NCBI RefSeq assembly: GCF_004010195.1
Contig: NC_057750.1
Coordinates: 10,752,047-10,816,046, forward strand
Length of the DNA: 64,000 bases
Direction of reading: 5' to 3'
DNA from: Chiloscyllium plagiosum
Lineage: Eukaryota
Below, in pieces: positions 1 to 13,062 of this stretch; within the stretch, counting starts at the first letter, position 1; every line of letters begins with the position of its first letter. The notes beneath the pieces were generated by a model. The model saw only the letters and a list, made by a program, of their open reading frames with translations. It was not told the DNA's origin and searched no databases. Made by a program: the position numbers and the translations under genes.

Positions 1-430
1 GTCACGCCTGGTTGAGTTAGTGTGACCCAGAAGAATGTTGATGGGATAAGGGTGTATGAGGAGGTGATTGTATTGTGCTTATGTCACTGGAATTATGTTA
101 ACTGTGTGTGTGTTTGCAAGTGTGTGTCTGTATCCGTGTGTGTATCTGTGTGTGTCACTATCCATTTGTATATGTGTTTGAGTGAGGGTATCTATGTGTA
201 TATTTGTGTGAATATCGGTATCCATGTGTATGAGTATCGGTAACTGTGTTGGTATCTGCGTGTTTCTCAGTAGGTCTCTGCTTATTGGTATTTGTTGCAT
301 GAGTCTATCTCTATGCCTGTACCTGTCCAGGTGTGCGAGTGAATGTGAATAGATATTTCTGTAATTCATTATATATTCTGATACATATGTGTTTGTTGTT
401 CTGTGAATTTGTGTGTATGTGTTTTTGTGA
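1..430. repeat. Degenerate (TG)n/(TGTA)n low-complexity tract
   Basis: Dense tgtgtg/tgtatc/tatg units; ORFs over it translate to C/V/Y or H/T/I repeats. Confidence 0.85.
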
Positions 431-534
431 AATGAGTTGTCACCTCCAGTCTGCATTCTCCAGCTCCATCCTGTCTGTGCATTTGTCCCTCCACTTCCCC
501 TCCCTCAGGGTGCCTGATGCCCTGTCTCCAATGC

Positions 535-828
535 CTTTACATTACATTACATTAGATTACATTACATTACATTGTGGAAACAGGCCCTTCGGCCCAACAA
601 GTCCACACCGACCTGCCGAAGCGCAACCCACCCATTTACCCCTTACCTAACACTACGGGCAATTTAGCATGTACATCTTTGGTCTGTGGGAGGAAACCGG
701 AGCACCCGGAGGAAACCCACGCAGACACGGGGAGAACGTGCAAACTCCATACAGTCAGTCGCCTGAGGCGGGAATTGAACCCGGGTCTCTGGCACTGTGA
801 GGCAGCAGTGCTAACCACTGTGCCGCCT
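535..828 (-). mobile_element. HE1-type tRNA-derived SINE
   Basis: Reverse complement starts ggcggcacagtggttagcactgctgcctcacag (A-box) ... gggttcaattcc (B-box) and ends in an (aatct/aatgt)n tail. Confidence 0.9.
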
Positions 829-1620
829 TATTACCTTTATTCCTCTATCCTTCTACCCCAGGTCTCTGTATGTCTGTCTAGCTCTAAATCCCTTCAGCTT
901 GTGCTCCAACAGGTGATTTATTTTAATAGCATTACTTTCATCTGTAGAAATGTTTCCAAAGCCTCCGTTAACTTGGGGTTAATTTAAGAGAGAGAGCTAT
1001 GTTTGGAGCACGGTAGTGTGTAGTTTGGCACTCTCCCAAGCTCGTTAGGCTTATTCACTGACCTCCTTCCTTGAAAAGCAATTTTTTTTACAAGTTTGGC
1101 TTCTACACTTTAGACTAATTGCTGCACATTCCAGTCTATAAATGAGCTTCCTGCAACCTTTTAAGTTTCACTGCAGGCTTAGAATACAGGGGTCCTGGTA
1201 GGTGTATGGCATGAATTTTTGAGCAGATTTTAAGCTGTTTTCCCCACCAAATATAACAAATACTAATTATATCCACCCCCCGTCCTGATCTTCAGAGGAG
1301 CTTGCTGATTGATCCAAGCTGCTAACCTACTGATTTCCAAGAAATCGGTGTTAATCCCCTTTCCATCCAATGGGATAATGAAAGATGGCCTTCATCATGT
1401 GGCTCAGTGACTAGCTCTCTTGCTCCTGAATCATATGTTTATAGGTTCAAATTCCCATGTGGGCTGACTATGTGCTGCACTGTCAGATTTGCTGCATGCC
1501 TGAAAGCGTCAGGAGGAGGTCATTTGGCCCCTTGAAACTGTTATAGAAGCATAGTCATACAGCATGGAAACAGACACCTCAGTCTAACCAGTCCATGCCA
1601 AACATAATCCCATTTGGAGT

Positions 1621-2155
1621 GACTTTGGAGTGCAGGTTCATAGCTCCTTGAAAGTAGAGTCACAAGTAGATAGGATAGTGAAGAAGTTCGTTGGTATGTT
1701 TTCCCTTATAGGTCAGAGTATTGAGTACAGGAGTTGGGAGGTCATGTTGCGGCTGTACAGGATATTGGTTAGGCCACTGTTGGAACATTGTGTGCAATTC
1801 TGGTCTCCTTCCTATCAGAAGGATGTTGTGAAACTTGAGAGTGTTCAGAGGAGATTTACAAGGATGTTGCCAGAGTTGGAGGATTTGAGCTATTGAATAG
1901 GCTGGGGCTGTTTTTCCTGGAGCTTTGGAGGCTGAGAGGTAACCTTATAAAAGTTTATAAAATCATGAGGGGCCTGGATAGGATAAATAGACAAAGTCTT
2001 TTCCCAGGGGTGGGGGAGTCCAGATATAGAGGGCATAAGTTTAGTGAGAGGGGAAAGACATAAAAGAGACCTAAGGGGCAACCTTTTCACGCAGAGGGTG
2101 GTACGTGTATGGAATGAACTGCCAGAGGAAGTGGTGGAGGCTGGTAGCATTACCA
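1621..2155 (+). mobile_element. CR1/HER1-type LINE ORF2 3' fragment (part of LINE-SINE chimera)
   Basis: Translates to LYRILVRPLLEHCVQFWSP...KLESVQRRFTRM and FTQRVVRVWNELPEEVVEA, typical CR1 ORF2 C-terminus. Confidence 0.9.
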
Positions 2156-2471
2156 GCGGCACGGTGGCTCAGTGGTTAGCACTGCTGCCTCACAGCGCCA
2201 GGGAACTGGGTTCAATTCCAGCCTCGGACAACTGCCCATGTGGAGTTTGCACATTCTCCCTGTGTCTGCGTGGGATTCCTCCGGGTGCGCCGATTTCCTC
2301 CCACATTCCAAAAACATGCAGGTCAGGTGAAATGGCCATGCTAAATTGTCCCCATAGCGTTAGGTGCATTAGTCAGAGGGAAATGGGTTTGGGTGGGTTA
2401 CTCTTCGGAGTGTCATTGTGGACTTGTTGGGCCAAATGACCTGTTTCCACACTGTAGGGAATCTAATCTAA
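2156..2471 (+). mobile_element. HE1-type SINE
   Basis: gcggcacggtggctcagtggttagcactgctgcc head, B-box, aatctaatcta tail. Confidence 0.9.
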
Positions 2472-2949
2472 AACAATCTTACCTCTGCTGCACTGAGCCA
2501 AAACAAATCTCCTCACCTGTGTCTTAAATAGGAAATTCACAGTTTAACAGATGTCATACTAACAGGAAAATGACATTCAGCCCCCTCAAGTGGCCTTTCC
2601 TACTTAATGGTTGCTCTGATTATAACCTCAAATCCACATTCCCACCTCCCCCTCACCCCTTGCTTAACAAGATGAGAACACTCCTGACATTTTGTCTCAG
2701 TGGGTCATTAGCGTATACCATTATCTTCCTCAAGGCTGTATTGGCTGACACCCAGGGGCACATGTAGTAGCATTGAAATAAAGAGAGATAAAATCCCAAC
2801 ACACCTTTCAAAGTAGAAATACATACAGGTGAAGAAAATAAAAACTGTTAAATAAAGTAGTTTTTTTAATTCTTAAAAAATGACTTCCTATCATTTGAAG
2901 TGTGTGCACATTTGAATAAACAAGGACTCTGCTTCCACCACCTTTTATA

Positions 2950-3140
2950 GGGTTATAGAGATGTACAGCATAGAAGCAGAACCGTTTGGTCCAACTTGTC
3001 CATTTTGACTAGATATTTTAAATTAATCTAGTCCCATTTGCCAGAATTTGGCCCATATCTCTCTGAATCCTTCCTATTCATATATCCATCTAGATGCCTT
3101 TTAAATGTTGTAATTGTACCATCCTCCACCACCTCCTTTG
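2950..3140 (-). mobile_element. CR1/HER1 3' terminus
   Basis: Reverse complement of the 3' UTR seen at 8330-8490 and 54500-54685. Confidence 0.75.
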
Positions 3141-3284
3141 GTTCAGAAAATGTTTCAAAGACTCACAACCCTTTGAGAGAAAATAGAGTCTAAACCATTT
3201 TAAACTTTTGATTGATTTAAATTTATTTTTAAACAGTGACCTACTGCCTCAGTTAGAGTCATAGAGTTCTACGGCATGGAGATA

Positions 3285-3610
3285 AGCCAAACAGAGACAC
3301 GCACAAGAATGCCTAGAATCATGGTATTCCAACTGGAACTCTATCAACAACACATTGACTTGGACCCATTTACTACCTCCTGAGAAAAAGAACTGGAAAT
3401 GACATCACCATAGGAAATGACATCCCCAACCCAAAGAAAGCCAAACATATAAATAGAAAGCAGGAAACATCAGCAGTGCTTCATCTGGAAGCTCACTGAA
3501 GATGTTACCTGGTATGGTGACAAAACATCTGAAAATGAACCTTCCAGCTCAGCGAGCAAACCTACATCCAGAACCTTAACCTGAGCTACAAATCTTCTCA
3601 AAACGCGCTA
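3285..3610 (+). mobile_element. Penelope-like element 3' end (family B) with degenerate hammerhead at 3496-3529
   Basis: AKQRHAQECLESWYSNWNSIN resembles a PLE C-terminus; same terminus as the minus-strand copy at 10447-11023; CTGAAGA..GGTGAC-AAAAC-ATC core (GAAA mutated). Confidence 0.8.
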
Positions 3611-3614
3611 CCAT

Positions 3615-3950
3615 ATAGACTGTGTTTACCGCCCTGTCCTCGTCAACCTTCCTGGTCACTTCATCAAAGAACTCTAAAAAAAATTTGAAAGGCGTGATTT
3701 CCCACTCACAAAGCCACGCTGAGTATTCCTAATCAAATCCTGTCTTTCCAAACACATGTATATCTAATCGCTTAGAACCTCCCAGAAGAGAAAACATCCT
3801 CTCCTCATCCACCCTGCCAAGACCCCTCAGAATCTTACCTGTTTCAATCAAGAGATTTCTCACTCTTCTAAGCTTCAGTGGATATAGGCCGAGCCTGCCC
3901 AATCTTCCCTCGTAAGGTAACCAGCCCAGGTAAACTTTCTCAGACTTAGT
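3615..3950 (-). mobile_element. Older CR1 LINE fragments
   Basis: Minus translation LPYEGRLGRLGLYPLKLRRVR..LIETGKILRGL matches the CR1 C-terminal motif. Confidence 0.75.
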
Positions 3951-4014
3951 TCTCATCTTGAATACATCTAGACATACCCAAGAAAACCGAATATCAAAAT
4001 TAGAATGGCAATTC

Positions 4015-4318
4015 ATAGAATATAGGCCATTCAGCCTGTCAAGTCCACCCTCCAAAGAGCATCTCACCAGACCAACGCATTCCTGTAACCCTGCATTTCT
4101 CATGGCTAACCCACGTAGCCTGCGCGCCCTTGGACACTATGGGTAATTTAGCATTGCCAATCCATCTAGCCTGCACATCTTTGGACTTGGAGGAAATCCA
4201 TGCAGATATGGGGAGAATGTGCAAACTCGACACAGACAGTTGCCTGAAGGTGGAATTGAACCTGGATCCTTTGCACTGTGAGGCAGCAGTGCTAATGATT
4301 GAGCTACTGTGCCACCCC
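4015..4318 (-). mobile_element. HE1-type SINE (diverged)
   Basis: Reverse complement of the tRNA-like head near 4318 plus HE1 body. Confidence 0.8.
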
Positions 4319-5869
4319 TACCCATTGTTGCCTCACACATCTCGGGCAAAGCAGCCTTTAAGCTGGTTCAGTGGTGTCGTAGGACACTACTGACGGAGAG
4401 AAGGGAGATTGCAATTTGCATCCACTGATCACTCCTTTTGCATTTTCATGTGCAGGATCCACCAGCACACACACCTTGGAATCAAGGAGAAAGGAACATG
4501 GGAAGTCACTGCCGAGTTCCTTTTGCAAACCTTCATCTGTTGAATGGCAGGTTTTGGGTTACCCATAGTGAGAGTGATCCTTGTGAAACAGGACAAGCAA
4601 ATCCTCCTGCATAGTCAACTACCCCAGGGGCCTCAGTACAAACCCCTATGCTCTTGTGAAGAGGTAAACAATACTACCACATTACCAAGGAGTGATCCAT
4701 CTACAGATTAGATAATGGACTAATCATCTTAAATTTAATAAATAAGGCAGTGATTGCTAGGCTTGGGACTTGCATTTCTGAAATAATAAATAAGTACCCA
4801 TTTGGTAATTAGCATTACAACAGGGCAGAGAGGTGGGATATATGATGGTCACTCTGGACGTGAGTTTCAGGCCAGCTACTAATCCAGCCACTTGGACAGC
4901 GGAGCTTTGAATTGGCCGGTCAGGGTCTGAGGCTGGATAATATGTTCTTCCTGCAGCAAGTGGTTAGAAACTGGAATGCACTGTCTGACATGATGGTGGA
5001 AGCAGGTTTAATCGAACTATTCCAAAGAGAATTGGATCATTACTTGGAAAGTAAGGATGAGCCAGGCCACTGGGTAATTATTGGGATGGTAATAGGTGAC
5101 ATAGACAAAATGGGCTGAATGGCCTCCTTCTTGTGCCATAACCATTCTAAGATTCTATGGATACAGAACATCTCTGCCCTTTTGTAATGACCAATTTCAT
5201 GGTTTCCCCAACGCTGGCCCATGTTCATTGGGGTCGGTTGGCTCGGTTGGAAATGCAGAAAGATACCAACAATGAGGGTTCAAATTTTGCACCATCTGAG
5301 GTTACCATGAAGGACTTTCATTCTCAACCTCTCCCCTCACCTGAGGTGTGGGGTGACCTTCTGGTTAAACCACCACCAGTAGCCTCTGTAATGAGAGACC
5401 AGCTCAATGGTCCTTTGGGACTCTGGAAATTTTCCATTACCTTAAATGGGATCTAGGCTTTGCTGGCAAGGCCAGAATTTGTTGCCTGACTACATTTGCC
5501 TTTAAATTAAGTGTTTTGCTCAGTCATTTCAGAGGGAGTCAACTAACATTGCAATGGACCTGGAGTCACTTGTCGGCCAGATTGGTAAGGATTGCAGATA
5601 TCCTTCCCTAAATGGAATTAGTGAACTAGGTGATTTTTCTTTGACAAATGACATGGTGTATTGGTTACCCATTAGACTCAGTGTATTTTTAACTTTTGAG
5701 TTATTAACTGAATTCAAAGTTGTCATGGGGGTAGGACATAAATGCATTCTCTTTTTATGGGTTCACCTTCAAATCAACCATTTAACAACTTACAACACAC
5801 AATATTGAACAAGTACTGCCCATCAGGGACAGTGAAACAACAGGGTAGGAAAAGAGGAAGGGCTTAAAT

Positions 5870-6130
5870 CAAAATGGTGTTGGATGAGGAGATAATGCAC
5901 TCCAATCCCCTGCAGTTGACCACCTCTCTCTAATCACCACAAGGGTGCTGGTGGACACCATGTGCTCGCTCTTTGAGGAGACCCAGGCATGAATGTGGCA
6001 ATGGAAAATGGGCAAGCAGTTAGGAAGAATGGTTCCCTCACAGCCCACTGCCTGACTTGTTGATGGCCACTTTGGCCATGCCCAGGAACAGGCCTTCAAT
6101 GATGCCCTCTGACCTGCCTGGTCCACCTCC
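5870..6130 (-). mobile_element. L1/Tx1-clade LINE ORF2 C-terminal remnant
   Basis: Minus strand with one frameshift reads GLFLGMAKVAINKS / ..NCLPIFHCHIHAWVSSKSEHMVSTST..RERW, resembling Tx1-like ORF2 ends (recalled, not searched). Confidence 0.55.
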
Positions 6131-6879
6131 TCACTGAGTGTCTGTCAGGTTTTTAAACAACAATCAACGATTATTGTCATGGCAGCCTTACTGAATACTA
6201 ACTTTGTAGTTCACTTTTATTGACTAATTTTAAATTCCAATGGGTGCCGTACTGGGATTTGAACCCAGGTCCCTGGAGCATTAGCCTCCAATTCTGGATT
6301 AAAAAAGGTAAAGCCAATATATACCACCAGACTATAGGGCTGCTCTCTCATTAGACAGAGGGACAACTGGTGGTGGTTTAAACTGACAGTCACCACATTT
6401 CTGGCAAGGGAGAGGTTGAGAAGGCGAGCCCTTCACAGTAACCTCAGCCAGTGTGGGTTTTAAACCCAGACTCTTGGTGTCACTCTACATTACCATCAAG
6501 CCAACTGAGCTAAACCAACCTGGATTACTAGCCCACTGACATTACTGCAATGTCACCATCTCCCATGACGAGTGATACAGTGTAAACATGTGTCTCTAAG
6601 GAGTGTCAGCATCCTGAGTAACTGAGGAGGTGTTTGGGAGAAATATGAGGTCTCCTACCTGGAATAATGACTCATCTGTCTCAAGGAAAAAAAGAGTAGC
6701 CAGAAAATTAGATAACGAAAAATTGTTGGGAAGAACCCAGTCAGGGAGGAAACCATCTTTTGCCTGAATGAGGCAGATTTGGGATTATTCAGCTATGAAA
6801 CAGAGCAACAAATTATTTGGTTTCACACCCATTGCCAACATTTGCTACGCAGCATGCTGTGAGTAATAATTCTTGGCTT

Positions 6880-8490
6880 CATTGGCAAGGACTGATTAGG
6901 GATAGTCAACATGGCTTTGTGCGTGGGAAATTATGTCTCACAAACTTGATTGAGTTTTTGAAGAAGTAATAAAGAGGATTGATGAGGGCAGAGCGAGGTC
7001 ATGATCTATATGGACTTCAGTAAGGCGTTTGACAAGGTTCCTCATGGGAGACTGGTTAGCAAGGTTAGATCTCAACGGAATATAGGGAGAACTAGCCATT
7101 TGGATACAGAACTGGTTCAAAGGTAGAAGACAGAGGGTGGTAGTGGAGGATTGTTTTCAGGCAGGAGGCCTGTGACCAGTGGAGTGCCACAAGGATTGGT
7201 GCTGAGTCCACTACTTTTTGTCATTTATATAAATGATTTGGATATGAGCATAAGAGGTATAATTAGTAAGTTTGCAGAAGACACCAAAATTGGAGGTGTA
7301 GTGGATAGTGAAGAAGGTTACCTCAGAGTACAATGGGATCTTGATCAGATGGGCCAATGGGCTGAGGAGTGGTAGATGGAGTTTTAGATAAATGTGAGGT
7401 ACTGCGTTTTAGGAAAGCAAATCTTAGCAGGGCTTATACAGTTAATGGAAAGGTCCTGGGGAGTGTTGCTGAACAAAGAGACTTTGGAGTGCAGGTTCGT
7501 AGCTCCTTGAAAGTAGAGTCACAAGTAGATAGGATAGTGAAGAAGGTGGTTGGTATGTTTTCCCTTACTGGTCAGAGTATTGATACAGGAGTTGGGAGAT
7601 CATGTTGCGGCTGTACAGGACATTGGTTAGGCCACTTTTGGAACATTGTGTGCAATTCTGGTCTCCTTCCTATCAGAAGGATGTCGTGAAACTTGAGAGT
7701 GTTCAGAAGAGATTTACAAGGATGTTGCCAGGGTTGGAGGATTTGAGCTATAGGGAGAGGTTGAATAGGCTGGGGCTGTTTTTCCTGGAGCTTTGGAGGC
7801 TGAGATGTAACCTTATACAAGTTTATAAAATCATGAGGGGCATGGATAGGATAAATAGACAAAGTCTTTTCCCAGGGGTGGGGGAGTCCAGATAGAGAGG
7901 GCATAAGTTTAGTGAGAGGGGAAAGACATAAAAGAGACCCAAGGGGCAACCTTTTCACGCAGAGGGTGGTACGTGTATGGAATGAACTGCCAGAGGAAGT
8001 GGTGGAGGCTGATAGCATTACCAGCGGCACGGTGGCTCAGTGGTTAGCACTGCTGCCTCACAGCGCCAGAGTCCCACATTCTATTCCAGCCTTGGGTGAC
8101 TGTCTGTGTGGAGTTTGCACATTCTCCCTGTGTCTGCGTGGGATTCCTCCGGGTGCTCCGATTTCCTCCCACATTCCAAAGACGTGCAGGTCAGGTGAAT
8201 TGGCCATGCTAAATTGTCCCCATAGTGTTCGGTGCATTAGTCAGAGGGGAGTGGGTTACTCTTCGGAGGGTTGGTGTCGACTTGTTGGGCCAAAGGGTCT
8301 GTTTCCACACTGTAGGGAATCTAATCTAATTATAACATTTAAGATGCATCTGGATAGGTATATGAACAAGAAGGGTTTAGAGGAATAGGGACCAAGTGCT
8401 CACAAATGGGACTAGATTAATTTAAGTTCTTTGGTCGGCATGGGTGAGTTTCACTAAAGGACCTGTTTCCATGCTGTCCATCTCTATTGA
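6880..8490 (+). mobile_element. CR1/HER1 LINE, RT domain to 3' end, with nested SINE
   Basis: DFSKAFDKVPHGRL, VTSGVPQGLVLSPLLFVIYINDL, SKFAEDTKIGG (FADD motif mutated), VRPLLEHCVQFWSP; frameshifted. Confidence 0.95.
8024..8330 (+). mobile_element. HE1-type SINE inserted in the CR1
   Basis: LINE sequence stops at ..gatagcattacca and resumes at tataacatttaag after the aatct tail. Confidence 0.9.
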
Positions 8491-9454
8491 CCCAAAGTTG
8501 AGCCTCCTGTCCTGATGACTAACTTAAAAGTAACACATCAATGCAAGCTGCTGTTTCTGCCTTGTTGTTGTTGGAAAGCATCTGGGGGTGTGGAGTGCGT
8601 GCTGTGAAGTGAGAATTGCATCAGGAGCTGTGCTCAAATGATCGCTGTTTCAAGCACTGCTGTGCATTCTCTGTCCTCAATGAGCTCGGAGCAAGTTGCA
8701 GCAGGTTTTAATTAACTTAGAGGAGGCAGATTCACCTGATTGTGTGGATTCGATTGCATAAGATGCGTGCCAGTGTTTACTCATTGTGAACAGGACTTTG
8801 TCGTGACAACTGCAAACTGCATTTAAGTCACCTCAAGGCACTTTCTTAAGAGAGTTACCTCAGAGAATATTACAGCAGTTGTCCTTATCTATTGGCTATA
8901 TTATTTACTAATAAATCCTGTTAATAAAGATTGTCCAGTCTTTTCTCTCATTGTTGTTTGTGGGAACTTGCTGTGTTCACAGTGGGGGGAACGGGGAGTC
9001 CTGTCTTTCATATTACAACAGTGACAACACTTCAAGTATTTTGTCAGCTGTTACGCCCCCAACTTGTCCCATGAAAGGCACTATGTAAATGCAGCCCTCT
9101 TTGATATTGGCCAAATTAGTAGATGGTCAAGTTTACACAGATGCCATGAGGAGTCAGAATTTGGAATGTTATTCTTGGAAATGATGAAGAGATGAAAATG
9201 TTAACAGTTAACAAAATATAGTTGGATCATGCACAGAAAGAATACACATCATAATCCCTTAGAAGGATCAACTAAGATAGGTCGGAGGGCCTTCCTTCAT
9301 CTGCATTGAATCTGCAAGCTTATTACCACTTTCTATACCTTAGAAAAAGGTCTTACGATACAACCGGTAGTGTCCATGCCTCTGAGACAGAAGCTCTGGG
9401 TACAAGCCCACTCTCGGGCTTGACAGATACCAAAAGTACTTTTTATAATTTAAT

Positions 9455-10200
9455 TCATTCAAGGAATGCGGGTTTCACTCGCTGGGCCAGCACTTATTGT
9501 TTTTCCTTTATTGCCTTTGAAAAGGTGGCCGTGAGCTGTCATGTTGAACCGCTGCAGTCTGTGTGGTGTGGGTAGATTGTAAGGGAGGGAGTTCCAACAT
9601 TTTGACCTAGCGACAATGAAGGAATGGTGATGTATTTCCAAGTCAGGATGACGAGTGCCTTGAGGGGAACTTGCAGGGGGTGATGTTCCCAAATATCTGT
9701 TGCCCTTGTCCTTCTAGCCCTGTCTAAGAAGCCTTGGTGAATTTCTGTAGTGTAACATCTAGATAGGACACACTGCTGCTACTGAGTATCGGTGGCACAA
9801 ATGGAGTGAATATTGTGGTCGAGTTGCCAATCAAGCAAGCTGCTTTGTCCTGGTTGGTGTATTGAGGGTACTCATGGACAGTTGCATTGCAGCAGGTGGA
9901 TTGGTGAGGATGAGGTTAAGCATGTTTTTCCAGATCCTTTAGGATCTGACCAGCTTAGTCAGTAGTGTGCTGCTGAGCTATTATTGGTGACAGACATTGA
10001 AATCCCCCACCAAAGTATATTTTGCACCTTCACCACTCTCAATGGTATTTAACATGGAGGAGCACTATTCCATCAGCAAGGAGTGCGGGGGCAGCAGAAT
10101 TAGGAAACCAGCAGGGATTTCCTTTCCATGTTTTATCTGACATCATGACATTTCATAACTTGGTGAAACAGCGTGAGTATCAACTTGCAAGTCCTTCTGA
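9455..10200 (-). mobile_element. Second CR1-like LINE family, 3' part
   Basis: Reverse complement of the family at 41690-42250 and 61080-61345 (gggaacaccaccccctgcaagttcccctc...aataagtgctggcccagc tail). Confidence 0.65.
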
Positions 10201-10446
10201 CATGTGCCAAGGGTGGATGGTAAGAGTAGGAGAGATCAGCTATGGAATGGAGAGAATGTTCGAGCCTCTAGCATCACTGTCCATAACTCCAGACTACAAT
10301 GTGCTTGTAAATGTGTATGTTGCCTTAGCAACTTGGACTCCTTGTGACAACCAGAATGAAAACATGGACAATTATCAGTGGTGGAGACTGTTGTATAATT
10401 CATATCTCTGAGATGCATAGATGATACTACTGTAAAGACTGTGTCT

Positions 10447-11023
10447 GGATGTAGGTTTGCTCACTGAGCTGGAAGGTTCTTTTCCAGAAGTTTCACCACT
10501 CTAATAGGTAACATCTTCAGTGAGCCTCTCAGCGAAGCACTGCTGCTTATTCCTGCTTTCTACTTATATGTTTGGGTTTCTTTGGGTTGGTGATGTCATT
10601 TCCGGTGGTGACATCATTTCCTGTAGTTTTTCTCAGAGGGTGGTAGGTGGGGGTCTAACTCGATGTGTTTGTTGATAGAGTTCCAGTTGGAATGCCATGC
10701 TTCTAGGAATTCTTGTGCATATCTCTGTTTGGCTTGTCCTAGGATAGATGTGTTGTCCCAGTTGAAGTGGTGTCCTTCCTTATCTAGTATGAGATAATGA
10801 GAGAGGGTTATGTTGTTTTGTGGCTAGTTGGTGTTCATGTATCCTGATGGCTAGTTTTCTGCCTGTTTGTCCAATGTAGTGTTTGTTACAGTCCTTGCAC
10901 GGTATTTTGTAAATGACATTAGTTTTGCTTGTTGTCTGTACAGGGTCTTTCAAGTTCATTAGCTGCTGTTTTAGTGTTTTGGTGGGTTTGTGGGCCACCA
11001 TGATGGGTTTCTCAAAACTTGCT
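10447..11023 (-). mobile_element. Penelope-like element (family B): GIY-YIG endonuclease fragment plus terminus
   Basis: KDPVQTTSKTNVIYKIPCKDCNKHYIGQTGRKLAIRIHEH is a GIY-YIG motif; 12-bp TSD aagactgtgtct at 10435-10446 and 11024-11035; degenerate hammerhead near 10485-10522. Confidence 0.92.
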
Positions 11024-11516
11024 AAGACTGTGTCTTTTTATTTTGAGTTTTTTCAAAGACTGTGGACTGAAAGGAGAAGGACATTTTAAAACCAGTGTTT
11101 GAAAGGATTGGGTGTGTAGAAGATATATTTTGAGAAGCAAACAACCTGATATCCGTTGCAAGCATTACAAACAACTGTTCGAACAAGCAGTAATTGGGGT
11201 GTGAATTGCAAAAAACTTGGAGCCAAGGGGATATATTCATACAGCTCGGGTTGGCAACAAGAAGTTGATTGTTCTATGGACTCTTGACGAGTTATCAATG
11301 ACAGAGACCTTTTGTGTCAACAACTGTGTATTGGTTCTCACAAGCTTGGAGCTGGGAACAAGTTACAGAGAGAGAGAGAGAGAGGAAAGGTCACCAGACC
11401 CAAAATGGTAACTCTGATTTCTCTGCACAGATGCTGCCAGATCTGCTCAGCTTTTCCAGCAATGTATGCTTTCATTTCAGAGAGAGTGAACTGCTCTTCT
11501 CCAGCTCAGGAGTAGT

Positions 11517-11825
11517 CTAGATTAGATTACTTACAGTGTGGAAACAGACCCTTCGGCCCAACAAGTCCACACCGACCCGCCAAAGCGCAACCCACCCAGA
11601 CCCATTCCCCTACATTTACCCCTGCCCCTAACACTACAGGCAATTTAACATGGCCAATTCACCTAACCTACACATTTTTTGACTGCAGGAGGAAACAGGA
11701 GCACCTGGAGGAAACCCACGCAGACACGGGGAGAATGTACAAACTCTACAAACTGAGGCGGGAAATGAACCCGGGTCTCTGACGCTGTGAGGCAGTAGTG
11801 CTAACCACTGTGCCACCATGCCGCC
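11517..11825 (-). mobile_element. HE1-type SINE
   Basis: (agatt)n tail at left, reverse-complement tRNA-like head at right. Confidence 0.9.
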
Positions 11826-12020
11826 CACTAATCTCTTGATTCTCTGCAGTCAAAATTCACTGCAAACCTGAAGCTAGGCAGTTTAGTTATCCTGCAAGAA
11901 TTGTTGTAAGTTGTGACTTCTAACTAATAAGTCAGAAATGTTTTATAAGTGAGCCAGCCACCTTATGTCTCTTACCACCAAGTGGCAGAATCTGGAGAAA
12001 GACAACCGAGGTAATGTACT

Positions 12021-13062
12021 CAAAGTTTGTGAGAAGATTTGTAGCTCGGGTGCTCGTTGCTGTGGTTCTGTTCGCCAAGCTGGAAGTTTTTGTTGCAAAC
12101 GTTTCGTCCCCTGTCTAGGTGACATCCTCAGTGCTTGGGAGTCTCCTGTGAAGCGCTTCTGTGGTGTTTCCTCTGGCATTTATAGTGGCCTGTCCCTGTC
12201 GCTTCCAGTTGTCAGTTTCAGCTGTCCGCTGTAGTGGCTGGTATATTGGGTCCAGGTCTATGTGTTTGTTGATGGAGTTTGTGGATGAGTGCCAAGCTTC
12301 TTGCTGTTATAAGTCCTAGTGGTCGCAGTAGTCTGGCTGTCATTTCAGAGATGTTCTTGATGTATGGTAGTGTGGCTAGTCCTTTGGGTTGCGGCATGTC
12401 CTCGTTCTGTTGTCTTTCCCTTAGGCATCTGTTGATGAAATTGTGAGGATATCCGTTTTTTGCGGATACCTTGTATAGGTGTTCCTCTTCCTCTTTTTGC
12501 CGTTCTGGTGTGCTGCAGTGTGTTGTGGCCCTTTTGGATAGTGTCTTGATGCAACTTCGTTTGTGTGTATTGTGGTGGTTGCTTTCATAGTTCAGGACTT
12601 GGTCTGTGTGTGTGGCTTACCTTAGTGGTGAATTCTCCGTTTGGTGTTCTCTGTACCCTCCCGTCTAGGAATGGGAGTTGGTTGTCCTTTTCTTCCTCTC
12701 TCGTGAATCGGATTCCTGTGAGTGTGGAGTTGATGATCCGGTGTGTATTCTCTATTTCCATGTTTTTAATGATTACAAAGGTGTCATCAACGTATCTGAC
12801 CCAGAGTTTGGGTTGAATTTGTGGTAAGACTGTTTGTTCTAACCTTTGCATTACTGCTTCTGCTATGAGTCCCGAGATCGGTGAGCCCACGGGTGTTCCG
12901 TTGATTTGTTCGTATATCTGGTTGTTGAATGTGAAGTGTGTTGTGAGGCAAAAGTCCAGTAGTTTAAGTATGCCGTCTTTGTTGATGGGTTCAACGTCCT
13001 GTTGTCTGTTATGTCTGTTCAGCAGGTTGGCTATTATTTCTCTGGCTAGAGCTTTGTCAATA
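12021..13062 (-). mobile_element. Penelope-like element (family A): RT fragment, endonuclease region deleted, intact terminus
   Basis: MGSPISGLIAEAVMQRLE..WVRYVDDTFVII..LPFLD is a PLE RT; 13-bp TSD gaggtaatgtact at 12008-12020 and 13063-13075. Confidence 0.95.
12095..12134 (-). ncRNA. Minimal hammerhead ribozyme motif (PLE family A)
   Basis: Minus strand GCA-CTGAGGA-T-GTCACCTAGACAGGGGAC-GAAAC-GTT-TGC: intact core, stem II GTC/GAC + CCT/AGG, stem I GCA/TGC. Confidence 0.8.

Noticed and set aside
22..456. Cys/Val- and His/Thr-rich ORFs
   Set aside because: Translations of the TG-rich low-complexity tract.
2156..2230. tRNA-like heads here and in other HE1 copies
   Set aside because: They continue into SINE bodies and LINE-like tails; not tRNA genes.
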